NCBI GenBank assembly: GCA_951406725.2
Contig: OX597834.1
Span: 20,770,001 to 20,834,000, forward strand
DNA: 64,000 nt
Direction of reading: 5' to 3'
DNA from: Octopus vulgaris
Lineage: Eukaryota
Part shown: piece after piece, positions 51,120 through 64,000 of the stretch
Layout: each line of letters begins with the position of its first letter
Position numbering within the stretch: position 1 is the stretch's first letter
Program-made: the position numbers and the translations under genes
The notes under the pieces: model-generated
What the model saw: only the letters and a program-made list of their open reading frames with translations
Told to the model about the DNA's origin: nothing
The model's database searches: none

Positions 51120-52215
51120 ATCAGTGGTGGTGGTGGGGATGCTGGTGGTGGTGGTGGTGGTGGTGGGGATGTTGGTGGTGCTGGTAGTGGTTGTAAAATG
51201 ATGGCAGTGGCGGTGATGGTGAATGTGACAGTAACAATGATGACGGTGGCGGCGGTGGTGGTGATGATGATGATGATGATGATGATGACAGCAACAGTGG
51301 TGGTGACGGTGGTGGCGGTGGTGGTGGTGGTGGTGACGTTGGTGGTGGTGGTGATGATGATGACAGCAACAGTGGTGGTGACATTGGTGATGTTGTTGTT
51401 CTTGTTGGTGGTGGTGGTGGCGGTGGTGGTGATGATGATGATGATGATGATGACAGCAACAGTGGTGGTGACGGTGGTGGCGGTGGTGGTGGTGGTGGTG
51501 GTGGTGGTGGTGGTGGTGGTGGTGTGATGATGACAGCAACAGTGGTGGTGACATTGGTGATGTTGTTGTTCTTGTTGGTGGTGGTGGTGGCGGTGGTGGT
51601 GATGATGATGATGATGATGATGACAGCAACAGTGGTGGTGACGGTGGTGGTGGTGGTGGCGGTGGTGGTGACGAGGATGACAGCAACAGTGGTGGTGACG
51701 TTGGTGGTGGTGGTGGCGGTGGTGATGACAATGATGATGACAGCAACAGTGGTGGTGACGGTGGTGGTGGTGGTGACGGTGGTGGTGGTGGTGGTGGTGG
51801 TGACGTTGGTGGTGGTGGTGATGATGATGACAGCAACAGTGGTGGTGACATTGGTGATGTTGTTGTTCTTGTTGGTGGTGGTGGTGGCGGTGGTGATGAC
51901 GATGATGATGATGATGATGATGACAGCAACAGTGGTGGTGATGGTGGTGGTGGTGGTGGTGGTGGTGGCAGTGGTGATGACAATGATGATGATAGCAACA
52001 GTGGTGGTGACATTGGTGATGTTGTTGTTGTTGCTGTTGGTGGTGGTGGCGGTGGTGATGACGATGATGATGATGATGATGATGATGACAGCAACAGTGG
52101 TGGTGGTGATGGTGGTGGCGGTGGTGATGATGACGATGATGACAGCAGCAGTGGTTGTGACATTGTTGACGTTGTTGTTATTGTTGTTGTTGTTGGTGGT
52201 GGTGGTGGTGGGTTG
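51120..52215. repeat. Higher-order (GGT/GAT) minisatellite
   Basis: About 12 copies of gacagcaacagtggtggtga with variable GGT/GAT runs. Confidence 0.9.
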
Positions 52216-52374
52216 CAGTGATAGTGGTAGAATTAAACAAACAAACAAACAAACAAATAAAAACACAGATAAACAAGCATAAACATAGTCACATACAATA
52301 TACAGGATATGACCGTTGGCACTATATAAGAAAGAACAGCTCCATTCCTGCTCCTACTAACACAACATACCTTT

Positions 52375-52425
<51 letters not shown>

Positions 52426-52472
52426 TACTACTACTGTTTTTATTAATATTATCATTGTTATTATTATTATTA

Positions 52473-52509
<37 letters not shown>

Positions 52510-52741
52510 GCAAAATAATTAATCAAACCCCAGAATTCTTTTATTTAACAGAAAAATGAGAGAGGGAGAGAGAGAGATTGCCAGTTATTCAAATTATTTT
52601 CTTTTTTCTTTTTGTTTATTTTCTTGTTTGCAATTTTTTCCTCGCCCCATCTTTTTTATCTTTATTTAATATTTTTTTGTAACTTTGTTTTATTTTATTC
52701 CACTCATATTTCAGTACTAGTCATTTTCTTTCTTTATTTCA

Positions 52742-52774
<33 letters not shown>

Positions 52775-53529
52775 ACCTTTCCGTACGTGGTTATTGCGAA
52801 GAATTATGCTTCCCTCTAGGCTGAGCTAATTAAACAAACAATATTTCTGTGTTCTTCAATGGTAATACAATGCCACACGAGAATTGGTGAAACAGAAAAA
52901 AAATTAAAAAAACAACGAAAAATAACCAGCACAAAACCAAACAAAACAAACATTATAAAAAATGAATAAATATATAAATTAACTGTGTCATTCTCTGCTA
53001 ATGTTTATATATTGGACGAGGTTTTTGACTATAATGGAAAAAAAAGCTTTTTCCTTGTTTAATTGCTTCTGTACTATGATATGAAACATGATGTCTGATA
53101 TAATAGATATAACATAATATTGTTCGGTTGATTATATTCACAATAAAGTAAAGAATGACATGAATTCATTCATTTTACGTCCGTTTTCTCCATCCTAGCA
53201 TGGGTTAGAGGAATGATGTATTACTGAGACATTCTGTTACAGCTGGATGCCCTTCCTGTTGTTTATGCTTGCCTGTTTTACAAGTATATTTTCAACATAA
53301 GAAGCTTGCTTCCCAACCACATGGTTTATAGCTCAGTCCTACTGTGTGGCACTTTGAGCAAGTCTCTTGGCTGTAGAATTGATATACCATGTCCCTACAT
53401 AACCTAAGAGAAAACAGAAAGTGGTTAACAGTACAAAGGGTTTTCTATTGTAAAATACATGGGAAAACATGTCAAAGCTATAACAGTGAGCAAAGAAAGG
53501 TGTATTATTATTGTTATTATTATTATTAT

Positions 53530-54087
53530 TGAGAGAGCAGTACATGCCATCAAAGTGACTCTGGTGTAAAATATACGAGGCCCAATATACCTATCATGAC
53601 TACCCATCTGATAAGGGTACACCAGGCACATGCATCACAACCATGTGTGCGCGACATGGTGGTCTCATATCAAGATTAACACTGCATGACCTTGCAGGTG
53701 GAGCCCAGTTAGAATTTTCTTCTGGTCAAGTAGCCCATCCTGCCCAAATGGTCCCTGAATAAAGGTTGATTGAGGATGTTGAATGAAATACCCATGTTTC
53801 CAGAGGTGAATTATCTAAACCCCCAAAAATTCCCCTCAACACACAGCTATGATGCACACCACTCCCACTACTTCTGCTCGTGATCAGAGATGCACATATT
53901 GTCAGCCACTAAGGGACATGCCCAACTGGTCAAGCTCAAGCAACTGACAAGCACATCTGTGGTATTGAGAAGAATATTTGATGTAGGCCATGTTTTATAC
54001 CAACACAAAACAATGTACATGATAACACTTCCAATCAGTTAAGATCAAAAGCCATAAAAGCCACTGCCTGCTACTGCATCAGGGAAT
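53530..54087 (-). mobile_element. Non-coding ~550-bp element bounded by (TTA)n; truncated sister at 54925-55005
   Basis: Both copies begin (ttatta)n-gagagag..gt.catgccatcaaagtgac; orientation inferred from the TAA tail. Confidence 0.55.
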
Positions 54088-54319
54088 TGTTATTATCTTT
54101 ATTGTTATTAATGAGGTGAGCTGGCAGGATTGTTAGCATGCCGGGAAGAATTGCTTAGCAGTATTTTGTTTGTCCTTACGTTCTGAGTTCAAATTTTGCT
54201 GAGATCAACTTTGCCTTTTATCTTTTTGGGGGTCAATAAATTAAGTACCTTTTGCATACTGGGATCAATCTAATCGACTGGTGGCCTCCCTGAAAATTTC
54301 AGGCCTCGTGCCTATATTC

Positions 54320-54492
54320 TTTTATTTTTTTATTTGTTTCAGTTATTTGACTGTGGCCATGCTGGAGAATTGCCTTTAGTCAAATGAATCAACACCATGA
54401 TTTATTCTTTGTAAGTCTAGCATTTATCCTATTGGGGACATAAACATACCAACATCGGTTGTCAAGTGATGTTGAAGAAACAAACACAGACA

Positions 54493-54529
<37 letters not shown>

Positions 54530-54667
54530 GACGGCCTTCCACTCACAAGGCTTTGGTCAGCCCGAGGCTACAGTAGAAGACACTTGCCCAAGGTGCCATG
54601 CAGTGGGACTGAACCCAGAACCATGTGGTTGGGTGCAAGATTCTTACCACACAGCCACTCCTGCACC
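54320..54667 (-). mobile_element. SINE family A with internal deletions, splitting a SINE B
   Basis: gtgcctata on the left and gcacctatagtggaaaggattat on the right continue the family B tail. Confidence 0.75.
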
Positions 54668-54684
54668 TATAGTGGAAAGGATTA

Positions 54685-54737
<53 letters not shown>

Positions 54738-56504
54738 GAAAATGCAGCAAGCTGGCAGAATCGTTAGCATGCCAGGTGAAATGCTTTGTGGCATTTTGCC
54801 CATCTTGACATTCTGAGTTTAAATTCTGCCTTTCATCCTTTTGGGGTCGATGTAATCAACTAGCTCTCTCTCACCAAATTTCTAGCCTTGTGCCTATAGT
54901 AGAAAGGATTATTATTATTATTATTGAGTGAGAGAGAAGTGCATGCCATCAAAGTGACGCTGTGTTACAAACATACGAAGTCCAATACACTCATCATGAC
55001 TACCCCTCAGGAACAACATAGTAGGAGACACTTCCTCAGTTTGCCGTGCAGTGGGACTGAACCTGAAGCAAGCTTCTTACCATGCAACCATGCCTGATTC
55101 TAATGCAGGAATAATTCAAAACATTGTGAATAAATAAGCATTAATTTGACAGAGTAATCTGAACTCTAAAAGGTTAAACTGCAAACAGCAAACCCATCAA
55201 AGACCTGCTGTCTTTAAGCACAAGGTGAAAAATAGAAGAACTCTGCATCTATTATTTTGGTATTTCTTCTAAAATTAATTTTGGTTCTAGCAGACAGGAA
55301 AGATATAGAAATAAAGAAAAAAAATAAAGTAAAAAATAGTTGTCTGTTATAAATAGCGAAGAAGTCTGCTATGAATGATTTCCTGTTAGCATTGAAATGC
55401 ATTGCTTTTCAATCATAAATAAGTTGTAGAAATAGAATTCAAGCTGGGTTTGGTTCTGTGTTCGCTGACCAACTGACCTAACCAGGATTGTTGTTTGGTT
55501 GTTTGAAGAGTTCCGACTGGAAGGGGACAAAGGCATGTTTGACTCTGGGAAGTGAAAACAGGATTGGGTCACCAGTTTGGGGAAGAATTGTTATGTAAGA
55601 GGAATTGTCATTGTTTCACCCCCAGGTCTGACCTGATTGAGTTGATGTATGATCAAAAATTGAGCAAGAACTCTGGTCAAAGATTGACCAGCTTTTATGA
55701 ATCGTAACTACCACCTACACTTTGGTATAGTGTAAATTTTTGGCTCTCTCTATTTCATTTTTCTCATTCTTTGCTTCCTCCCGCTTTCTTCAATTCCCAC
55801 ACTACTCTCGCAACCTCTCACTGGCCTTTCTCTCCTCACATTCCACAACACTTCATTTTATTCTTCATTGGGCTGTTCACACCCAAAGCCACGACAGTTC
55901 ATTATCTTCTCCACTCTTTGACTAAAGTCAAGAGCTTGAAACATTAAATTCTTCCCTCTTTACAACAATTTACCATAACAGACACTTCTATGGCTTCTCC
56001 ATTAAGTTACTCTGTTCAAGAATACATTTATTTCAACACATTTTATACTCTACTTAAATTCACACCAAATTCTTCTCCAGTTATTCCATGCAACAGAACT
56101 ATGCCACATTTTCACTTCCACTTCCACAAAAGACGGAAACTATAGACACTTAATCCTCACCATAAACATACAAGTAAATACAGGGGAAACGACAATACAT
56201 TATAATCCTCATTCTTGAAGAACAAAAGCTTGAGGCATTAAATTCTTCAATGTTTAAAGTAACATAACTTAAACTCTTCTACAAATTCTCCTGATCAAGT
56301 TTTCTCTGGTATACTCTTACTTCAGCATTTATGTCATATTTTACCTGAAGCCACATCAAATTCTTTCCTGGTTATTTCAAGATCAAGAGTTCAAATCCTT
56401 AAATTCTTCACTTTTGACAATTCTCCTTAACAAATTCTTCTGCAAATTCTCCTCTGAACAAGTTTGCTCTCAAATATACTAATTCCGGCACTCGGGTCAT
56501 ATAT

Positions 56505-57520
56505 CCCTCCACATGTTCAGTCTACTGCTAGATGAAGGCCTCAATATTTTCTCTCCACCAACCGTAGTCTGATGGTTTTCTCATTCATGTCTTCATGCTG
56601 AAGAATTTAACAAAGTATTCATTCCAGCTTCTGCTTGGTCCTCCCTTCCTTCTTTCTTCTGGATGTTGTGCTAAGTTAATTTTTTGGCTCAAAAAGCAAA
56701 AAGCAAGGCCATGTAGGGGTACATGGAGTTATGTACAGTATGGTGTTCATGCAAAGAGTTCAGGCCATTTCTGGTCAAGAGAGACTTTGAACCGAGCGGT
56801 CATCAGCATCTTCACTATCTCATCCGGTAGCTTATTCCACGGATCCGCAACCCAGACAGAGAAAGCCCCTCTCCTTCGATTGAGATGAAATCGTCACAGA
56901 TAGAGCTTTTCGGATGCTCTGGAGCAGGAGTGAAGAACAGCTCTTTCGAGAGGTTACACTTTCCGCTTATGATGTTGTGTCCACTTGTGTCAGTTTGCTA
57001 TTCCATCTATTGTTCCTTCTAAACATATGTCCCACAAAAGACCATCTTAGAGTTTTTATTTTCCCAATAATATCCATTAAATCTGTTGCCATTCTTTTCC
57101 TGTTGTTTCTCCACTTATTGTGTTAATCTTCAGCATTGTCCTTTCCATGGCTCTTTGAGTTGATCTTAATCTAATTTCAGTCCTCTTGTTGGTAGTCCAT
57201 ATTCCTTGTGCATCCTAAATGGCAGGCACCATACACTACTTGAAGACCTTTCTTTTTCAACAAATGGATAAATTACTGCTCATGATGTCATTCAATGTTC
57301 CAAAAGATGCCCATCCTGATTGTGTGTTCATCATTCAATTTCTTTGGACTAATTTGTAACCTTTAAGCAGAATTATCTGTCCAAGAAAGCTGTAGTGGTT
57401 CCCATGTTCAAATATTTCCTTATCTATTACTATATTTCCAGTTTTGTCATATTCTACTGAACCTAGTTATTCCAATTTGCAGAACACTACCATATTACAG
57501 CTTCCATTTCATAGCATTCT
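56505..57520 (-). mobile_element. Decayed RTE-clade LINE 3' fragment
   Basis: Minus strand KRKVFK*CMVPAI..IWTTNKRTEIRLRSTQRAMERTML..LRWSFVGHMFRRNNRWNSK follows the RTE C-terminal pattern. Confidence 0.7.
56671..56979 (-). mobile_element. CR1 3' fragment inserted into the RTE fragment, 9-bp TSD
   Basis: Reverse complement of 35642-35968 with an internal deletion; gatgttgtg at 56662-56670 and 56971-56979. Confidence 0.85.
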
Positions 57521-57591
57521 CAAGGCTAAAACCATAACTTAAACCTCCTATAAATACATACATCAGACACAGTTAGTAGGCAACACTCTAA

Positions 57592-57814
57592 CCCTTTCGT
57601 TACCGTATTTTTATTACGAGATGCTCTGTGTTTCTTTCAATTACTTTAAATATAACAAAGAATTTAGTAAAATAACTTAGTTATCATTCAGCTAGTGTTA
57701 AGAACATAAATTGTGACTAAGGTTTGGCAGAAGATTTTAATTTAAAATTTATGAAAAAAAGACATTTGTACTACAGAGCCAGAGACGGTTTCAGCCAGGT
57801 TTGTAACGAAAGGG
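57592..57814. mobile_element. piggyBac-type MITE
   Basis: 12-bp TIR ccctttcgttac / gtaacgaaaggg; cTAA left and TTAA right; colinear with 5054-5274. Confidence 0.85.
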
Positions 57815-58699
57815 TTAAATTTCTCATTCTTGAACACCAAAATATCAAAACTTTAAATTCTTCATTCAAAACGGTTCACTATAAAATCTCGTATGAATTT
57901 TCTTTAGAGCTACTACACTCTAGAATATAATTTCTTCATTCATTTCATATTTTACTTCAATTCATATCCTTGTTATTCCAAGACTAAAAGCTCAAGACTT
58001 TTAAATTCTTCATTCATGACAGTTAACTTTAAACTCTTCAGTGAATTCTCCTTAGAGTCACTAAACTCTAGAATATTCTTACTTCAACACTGATTTCATT
58101 ATTTTACTTCAATTCATACCAAATTCTTTCCCAGTTATTCCACTATTCAGACCAGTGCCACATTTCAGCTTTTGCTTCCGTTCCATATCATCCTAAGGAC
58201 AAACTGAAGCCATGGTAACTTTACCATAGTAACTATAAATGTGTAAATAGATAAAGTCTGATTGTATTGTGTACTGGAATCTATTCTGCGGTTCACTTTT
58301 GATTTAGCAGACAGGAAAGATGAAAGATAAAAAAAGATAAAAAAATACAATAAAATAAAAGTAAAGAAAAATAAATAGGTGTCTGTTATAAATAGCGAAG
58401 AATCCTGCTATGAATGATTTCCTGTTAGCATTGAACTGCATTGCTTTTCAATCATAAATAAGTTGTAGAAATAGAATTCAAGCTGGTTTGCATTCTATAT
58501 CTGTTGACCAACTGACCTCGAACCAAGTTTGTTGTTTGAATGTTTGTAGAGTTCCGGCTGGAAGGAGACAAAGGTGCGTTTGACTCTCGGAACATCTCGG
58601 AAGTGAAGACAGGATTGGGTCACCAGAATTAGAAAGCTGGAGATAAGTTTGTGTCAGCTTGATGCAAATGGATGAGAAAATATGTGTACACACACATAC

Positions 58700-59482
58700 A
58701 CACACACGTGCATATGCACATACACACACCATATATTTTTTTATTCTTTTATTTGTTGCAGTCATTTGAGTACAGCCATGCTGGAGCAGCGCCTTTAGTC
58801 AAACAAACCAACCCCAGGACTTATTGTTTGGAAGCCTAGTACTTATTCTATCAGTCTCTTTTACCGAACTGCTAAGTTACAGGGACATAAACACACCAAC
58901 ATCGGTTGTCAAGTCATGTTGGGGGTACAAAGACACACACATACATACATACTTACATACTTACATACATACACACATACATACATACATACACACACAC
59001 ATACACATACACACACACATACACACACACATACACACACACGTGCATATGCACATACACACACCATATATTCTTTTATTCTTTTATTTGTTGCAGTCAT
59101 TTGAGTACAGCCATGCTGGAGCAGCGCCTTTAGTCAAACAAACCAACCCCAGGACTTATTGTTTGGAAGCCTAGTACTTATTCTATCAGTCTCTTTTACC
59201 GAACTGCTAAGTTACAGGGACATAAACACACCAACATCGGTTGTCAAGTCATGCTGGGGGTACAAAGACACACACATACATACATACTTACATACTTACA
59301 TACATACACACACACACACATATATACATGACAAGCTTCTTTCAGTTTCCGTCTACCAGATCCTGTCACAAGGCTTTGGTCAGCCTGAGGCTATAGTAGA
59401 AGACACTTGCCCAAGATACCATGCAGTGGGACTGAACCCGGAACCATGTGGTTAGAAAGTAAGCTACTTACCACATAGCCAT
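58700..59482 (-). mobile_element. SINE family A with a 335-bp-period tandem duplication of its 3' half and flank
   Basis: About 58700-58977 is almost identical to 59035-59312. Confidence 0.85.
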
Positions 59483-59880
59483 TGCTGAACAACCTGCAGA
59501 AATAATTTATTTCATCATCATCATCATCACCATAATCATCATCATCATCATTTAACATCTATTATCCATGGGTCGGATTGTTTGACCAGAGCTGGCAAGC
59601 TGGGGAGCTGCCTCAGACTCCAGTCTGATTTGGCATGGTTTCTACGAATGGATGCCTTTCCTAACATGCCAACCACTCTACAGAGTGTACTGGGTGCTTT
59701 TACATGGCACCCCACAAGCACTTTTATGTGTCAACACACAGGTGCTTTTACGTGATGTCACACGGGCACTTTCTTGCGTCACTGCCATGGGTACTTTACA
59801 CAACCAGAAGGATCGGTCTTAACACTTCTGATATTTATACTGTTGCCACCATTAAATCGACATTTCCCATAAAGGTACAA

Positions 59881-60113
59881 GGCGGCAAGCTGGCAGAAAC
59901 GTTAGCACGCCAGGCGAGATGCTTAGTGGTATTTCGTCTGCCGTTACGTTCTGAGTTCAAATTCCGCCAAGGACGACTTTGCCTTTCATCCTTTCGGGGT
60001 CGATAAATTAAGGACCAGTTACGCACTGGGGTCGATGTAATCGACTTGATCCATCTGTCTGTTCTTGTTTGTCTCCTCTGTGTTTAGCCCCTTGTGGGTA
60101 GTAAAGAAATAGG
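59881..60113 (+). mobile_element. SINE family B, full length
   Basis: ggcggcaagctggcagaaacgttagcacgcc...gagttcaaattcc (B box)...gcctttcatcctttcggggtcgataaattaag...gtttagccccttgtgggtagtaaagaaat. Confidence 0.9.
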
Positions 60114-60442
60114 TACATGGTGTGCCACACATCAGATGATGAAGTGACTTCAAAGAAAGGTGAGATGAAGTGTTTTGTGCAAGAACACAATGCATGGCAC
60201 GGTCCAGGAATTGAACTTACACTCTCTTGATTATGAGTGCAACACCCTAACCACTAGGCTAGGCAGATTGTTATCAATAGGATTAAGTAAGTCTCTCTCT
60301 CTCTACTGTTATACCAGTCCTTCACAGGGTTACTGCCACCAACTGGCTTTGGTAGTTATTTCTAGCAGAATGGTCTAAATCAACATGAAATAAAGTGCCT
60401 TGCTGATGGTGATAACGGTGATGATATTGGCAATGATAATGG

Positions 60443-60475
<33 letters not shown>

Positions 60476-60827
60476 CAGCAGTGACGATGATGATGATAAA
60501 AGTTACGATGATGAGGAAACAATAAATCATACAATATGATTTCTAGTGGTAGAACCAGAAAACAGACCTTGTGGAAATGGTTAATTAAAATGAGTTCTGG
60601 CACCATTTGGCTGGAAACTTGGCTTTAAAATGATACGTCTCTTTCACTCTGACATTTTTCTAAACAAAAACTAGCCATTCCATGCACACACACACACATA
60701 CACACACACACACACATACACACACACACACACAGACTTTTACACACATACACACACACACATACACTTTCACACACATACACACTTTCACACACACACA
60801 CTTTCACACACACATGCACACACACAT

Positions 60828-60861
<34 letters not shown>

Positions 60862-61602
60862 TCACATACACACACTTTCACACATGCTCACTTTCTCATG
60901 CATACACACTTTCATAGACCCACATACACGCACATAGACACACGCATGCACACACACACACACGTACACGTACACAGGCACACACACATACATATACCCA
61001 CACACACTCATGCACAGACACATACATACCTGCACACCCACACACACACACATACATATACACACTGGCACCTGCTCACACACGCACATACACATACATG
61101 CACATACACACACACATGCACACTGATACATCCATACACTCACACGTACCCACACACATCCCAGTAACCCCCCACACACACACACACTAACAAGACCCGC
61201 AAGAACAAAGTATTTTTTCACGCTGTCTACTGACCACTTATTATTGAATCAATCAACAGATCAATAACCAATATTTGGTGTCATTACCTATCTACATATC
61301 TCTTCTCATGAAATATTTGTTGTCTGATTGCAGAAAGGGGTGGGGCGCACGGGGGGTGGCAGGTGGAAGATCTTTCTGTCACATTCTACGCTTATTGAAC
61401 AACATGAAGAAATATACGTGTTGTATTGGGGCAGACATGGCTGTGAGGTTAAGAAGCTTGCTTTGAAACTGGGTGGTTCAGGTTCAGTCTCACTGTGGGA
61501 CACCTTGGGCAGGTGACATCTACTATAGCTCTGCATCAACCAAAGCCTTGTAAGTGGATTTAATAGATGGAAACTGAAAGAAACTCACTGCATGTATGTC
61601 TG

Positions 61603-61638
<36 letters not shown>

Positions 61639-61640
<2 letters not shown>

Positions 61641-61809
61641 TGCAGGAGTGGCTGTGTGGTAAGTAGCTTGCTTACCCCCTACATGGGTCCAGGTTCATTC
61701 CCACAGCATGGCACCTTGGACAAGTGTGTTCTACTATTGCCTCAGGCTAACCAAAGCCTTGTGAGTGGATTTGGGAGACGGAAACTGAAAGAAACCCGTC
61801 GTATATTTA

Positions 61810-61860
<51 letters not shown>

Positions 61861-62065
61861 ATGTATATGTTTGCCCCCCCCCACATCGCTTGACAACCGA
61901 TGGTAGTGTATTTACATCCCTGTAACTTAGCAGTTCAGGAAAACAGATTGATACAATAAGTACTAGGCTTACAAAGAATAAGTCCTGGGTTCGATTTGCT
62001 CGACTAAAGACGGTGCTCCAGAATGGTCACAGTCAAATGACTGAAACAAGTAAAAGAGTAAAGAG
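61639..62065 (+). mobile_element. SINE family A, full length, preceded by an older 5' half at 61428-61590
   Basis: Complete head-to-tail match. Confidence 0.88.
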
Positions 62066-62426
62066 TATATATAAACAGGGTGAGTGAAAAGTTAGCTGAC
62101 AGTAAATCAAAACCATTTAATTCCAAGATTTATTTATGTTTAACAACTGATGAATTTAATGAAAGTCCTGAGGTCGATTTGTTCGACTAAAACCCTTCGG
62201 GGCAGTACCCCAGCATGCCCACATTCGGATGGTGCTTTTTACCTGCCACCAGCATGCAGAGCCGAGCCAGTCAGGTAGCACTGACACCGACCCATGCATG
62301 AATGGTGCTTATTGCATGCCACCAGCATGGGAGCCAGTCAGGTGGCACCGGCATTGGCTACAAATATATTTTCCATTTTTGATTTTGATTTGATTGAGAT
62401 TCTGATTGTGATTTTGATTTTTTAAT

Positions 62427-62477
<51 letters not shown>

Positions 62478-62696
62478 CAAATGGGAAGGTTTATGAAAAT
62501 AAATAAAAGACGAAGGCAGGTGGTGTACAAACAATTGTATTAGTATGGCGCTCAGGAATAGAAATAGAAAAAGTCTTTTATGTTTCAAGCCTATGCTCTT
62601 CGACAAAGATACACAAAAGAAACAAGTAAGAAACAAGGAGAGAAAAAAAATGCGTGTAGGAGCTAACAGTCCATCATGGCATATATATATATCTTG

Positions 62697-63035
62697 TTCA
62701 TCATCATCATTGTTTAACATCTGCTTTCCATGCTAGCATAGGTTGGACAGTTCAACTGGGGTCTGGGAAGCTAGAAGGCTGCACCAGGCCCAGTCTGATC
62801 TGGCAGTGTTTCTATGGCTGGATGCCCTTCCTAACACCAACCACTCCGTGAGTGTAGTGGGTGCTTTCTACGTGCCACTGGCACAGGTGACAGAGGAGGC
62901 TGGCAAATGGCCACGATCGGATGGTGCTTTTTACGTGCCACCGGAACGGAGGCCAGTCGGGGAAACGGCCACGTTCGGATGGTTCTCTTACGTGCCACCG
63001 GCACTGGTATCACAACTACAATTTCCATTGATGTT
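62697..63035 (-). mobile_element. Retroposon family E with three subrepeats
   Basis: tacgtgccac at about 62869, 62932 and 62989. Confidence 0.8.
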
Positions 63036-63036
63036 G

Positions 63037-63079
<43 letters not shown>

Positions 63080-63847
63080 CATACATACATACATATATAT
63101 ATTGTTAATTCAAATAAACAAGTAATTAAAAGACAAAAAAAAATCTAATTTATATATATATATATATATGTTAAGAACTCATTCACTGTTCACTTTGTGT
63201 GCATTATTCTATGCACTGTTCATGCACTTTGGGCTATTTTTTCTGATGACTTGTAGTGCACCTGAGCACTGTATACAATAAGTTCATTTATCATTTTATA
63301 TCTAATCTATGAAATATATATAATGGCTTCCAAGTTCCTGGTTTTCTTTTACGTTCTACGTCGTAATTCTCGAGAGGTTGAGTGTAAAAGGTTGACTCAA
63401 CCTTTTAGCCCTCAGGGATCAATAATAAAAGTATCTATCCTTAGTAACATAACGGTAAATAGCCTAAGTGATGATATTTAGGGTAGTTACTATAGTTATA
63501 TTCTCCCCACCCTGATACCTGGAGGGAGAAAAAGAAAAAGAAACTATCGATAAATTATATTCTGTGTTTAAAAATCAATAGCGTCTATATATTTATATTT
63601 GTGTATGAGATCGTACACATTTGCAGGTATTTGATCTATATATGTGTATATGTATGTGTACATGTATGTATAGATAGATATGTAGGTTTATTAGTATACA
63701 CACATTTACTTGTATCCATATGCTTACATATCATATTTGTGCATGTGTGCATGGGGGGGTGTACGTATGTATATTATATATATATGCATTTACACACAAG
63801 TATACACGAATATACATATGTCTGTGTATGTGTGCCTGTGTACACAT

Positions 63848-63935
<88 letters not shown>

Positions 63936-63965
63936 TACATATATATATATACATAAATATATATA

Positions 63966-64000
<35 letters not shown>

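Noticed and set aside
51280-52150. CRISPR-like repeat-spacer pattern
   Set aside because: Spacers are related GGT/GAT runs of variable length, the context is eukaryotic, and there are no cas genes
56285-56345. Minus-strand peptide KYDINAEVRVYQRKLDQEN resembling the intermediate-filament rod-end motif
   Set aside because: Flanked by stops and not preserved in sister tandem units; likely chance

Overview
AT-rich, repeat-saturated eukaryotic non-coding DNA (large intron or intergenic). The SINE repertoire and the very high microsatellite density resemble octopod cephalopod (Octopus) genomes; this is an inference from recalled repeat sequences, not a database result. No host protein-coding gene can be supported, and nearly all listed ORFs are microsatellite or repeat read-through. 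The window contains at least five short-retroposon families (four with tRNA-like heads; about 50 copies or fragments), R4/Dong-type fragments in (TAA)n tracts, CR1- and RTE-type LINE fragments, and Tc1/mariner, hAT and piggyBac-type MITEs with TIRs/TSDs. The most notable signal is a set of short non-coding elements, mostly embedded in (TA)n tracts, that carry minimal type I hammerhead-ribozyme folds and inverted/direct pseudo-LTR architecture typical of Penelope-like elements. These include a very young insertion at 22.9-23.4 kb with a perfect 63-bp hairpin and a family with a fixed CUGUNGA core variant. Other candidates are a recursive-splice-like AG|GT site, nested fold-back repeats capturing an RT fragment, and an old duplicated module at 55-58.6 kb. 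Family letters (A-F) are my own labels, and element boundaries without a TSD/TIR are approximate.
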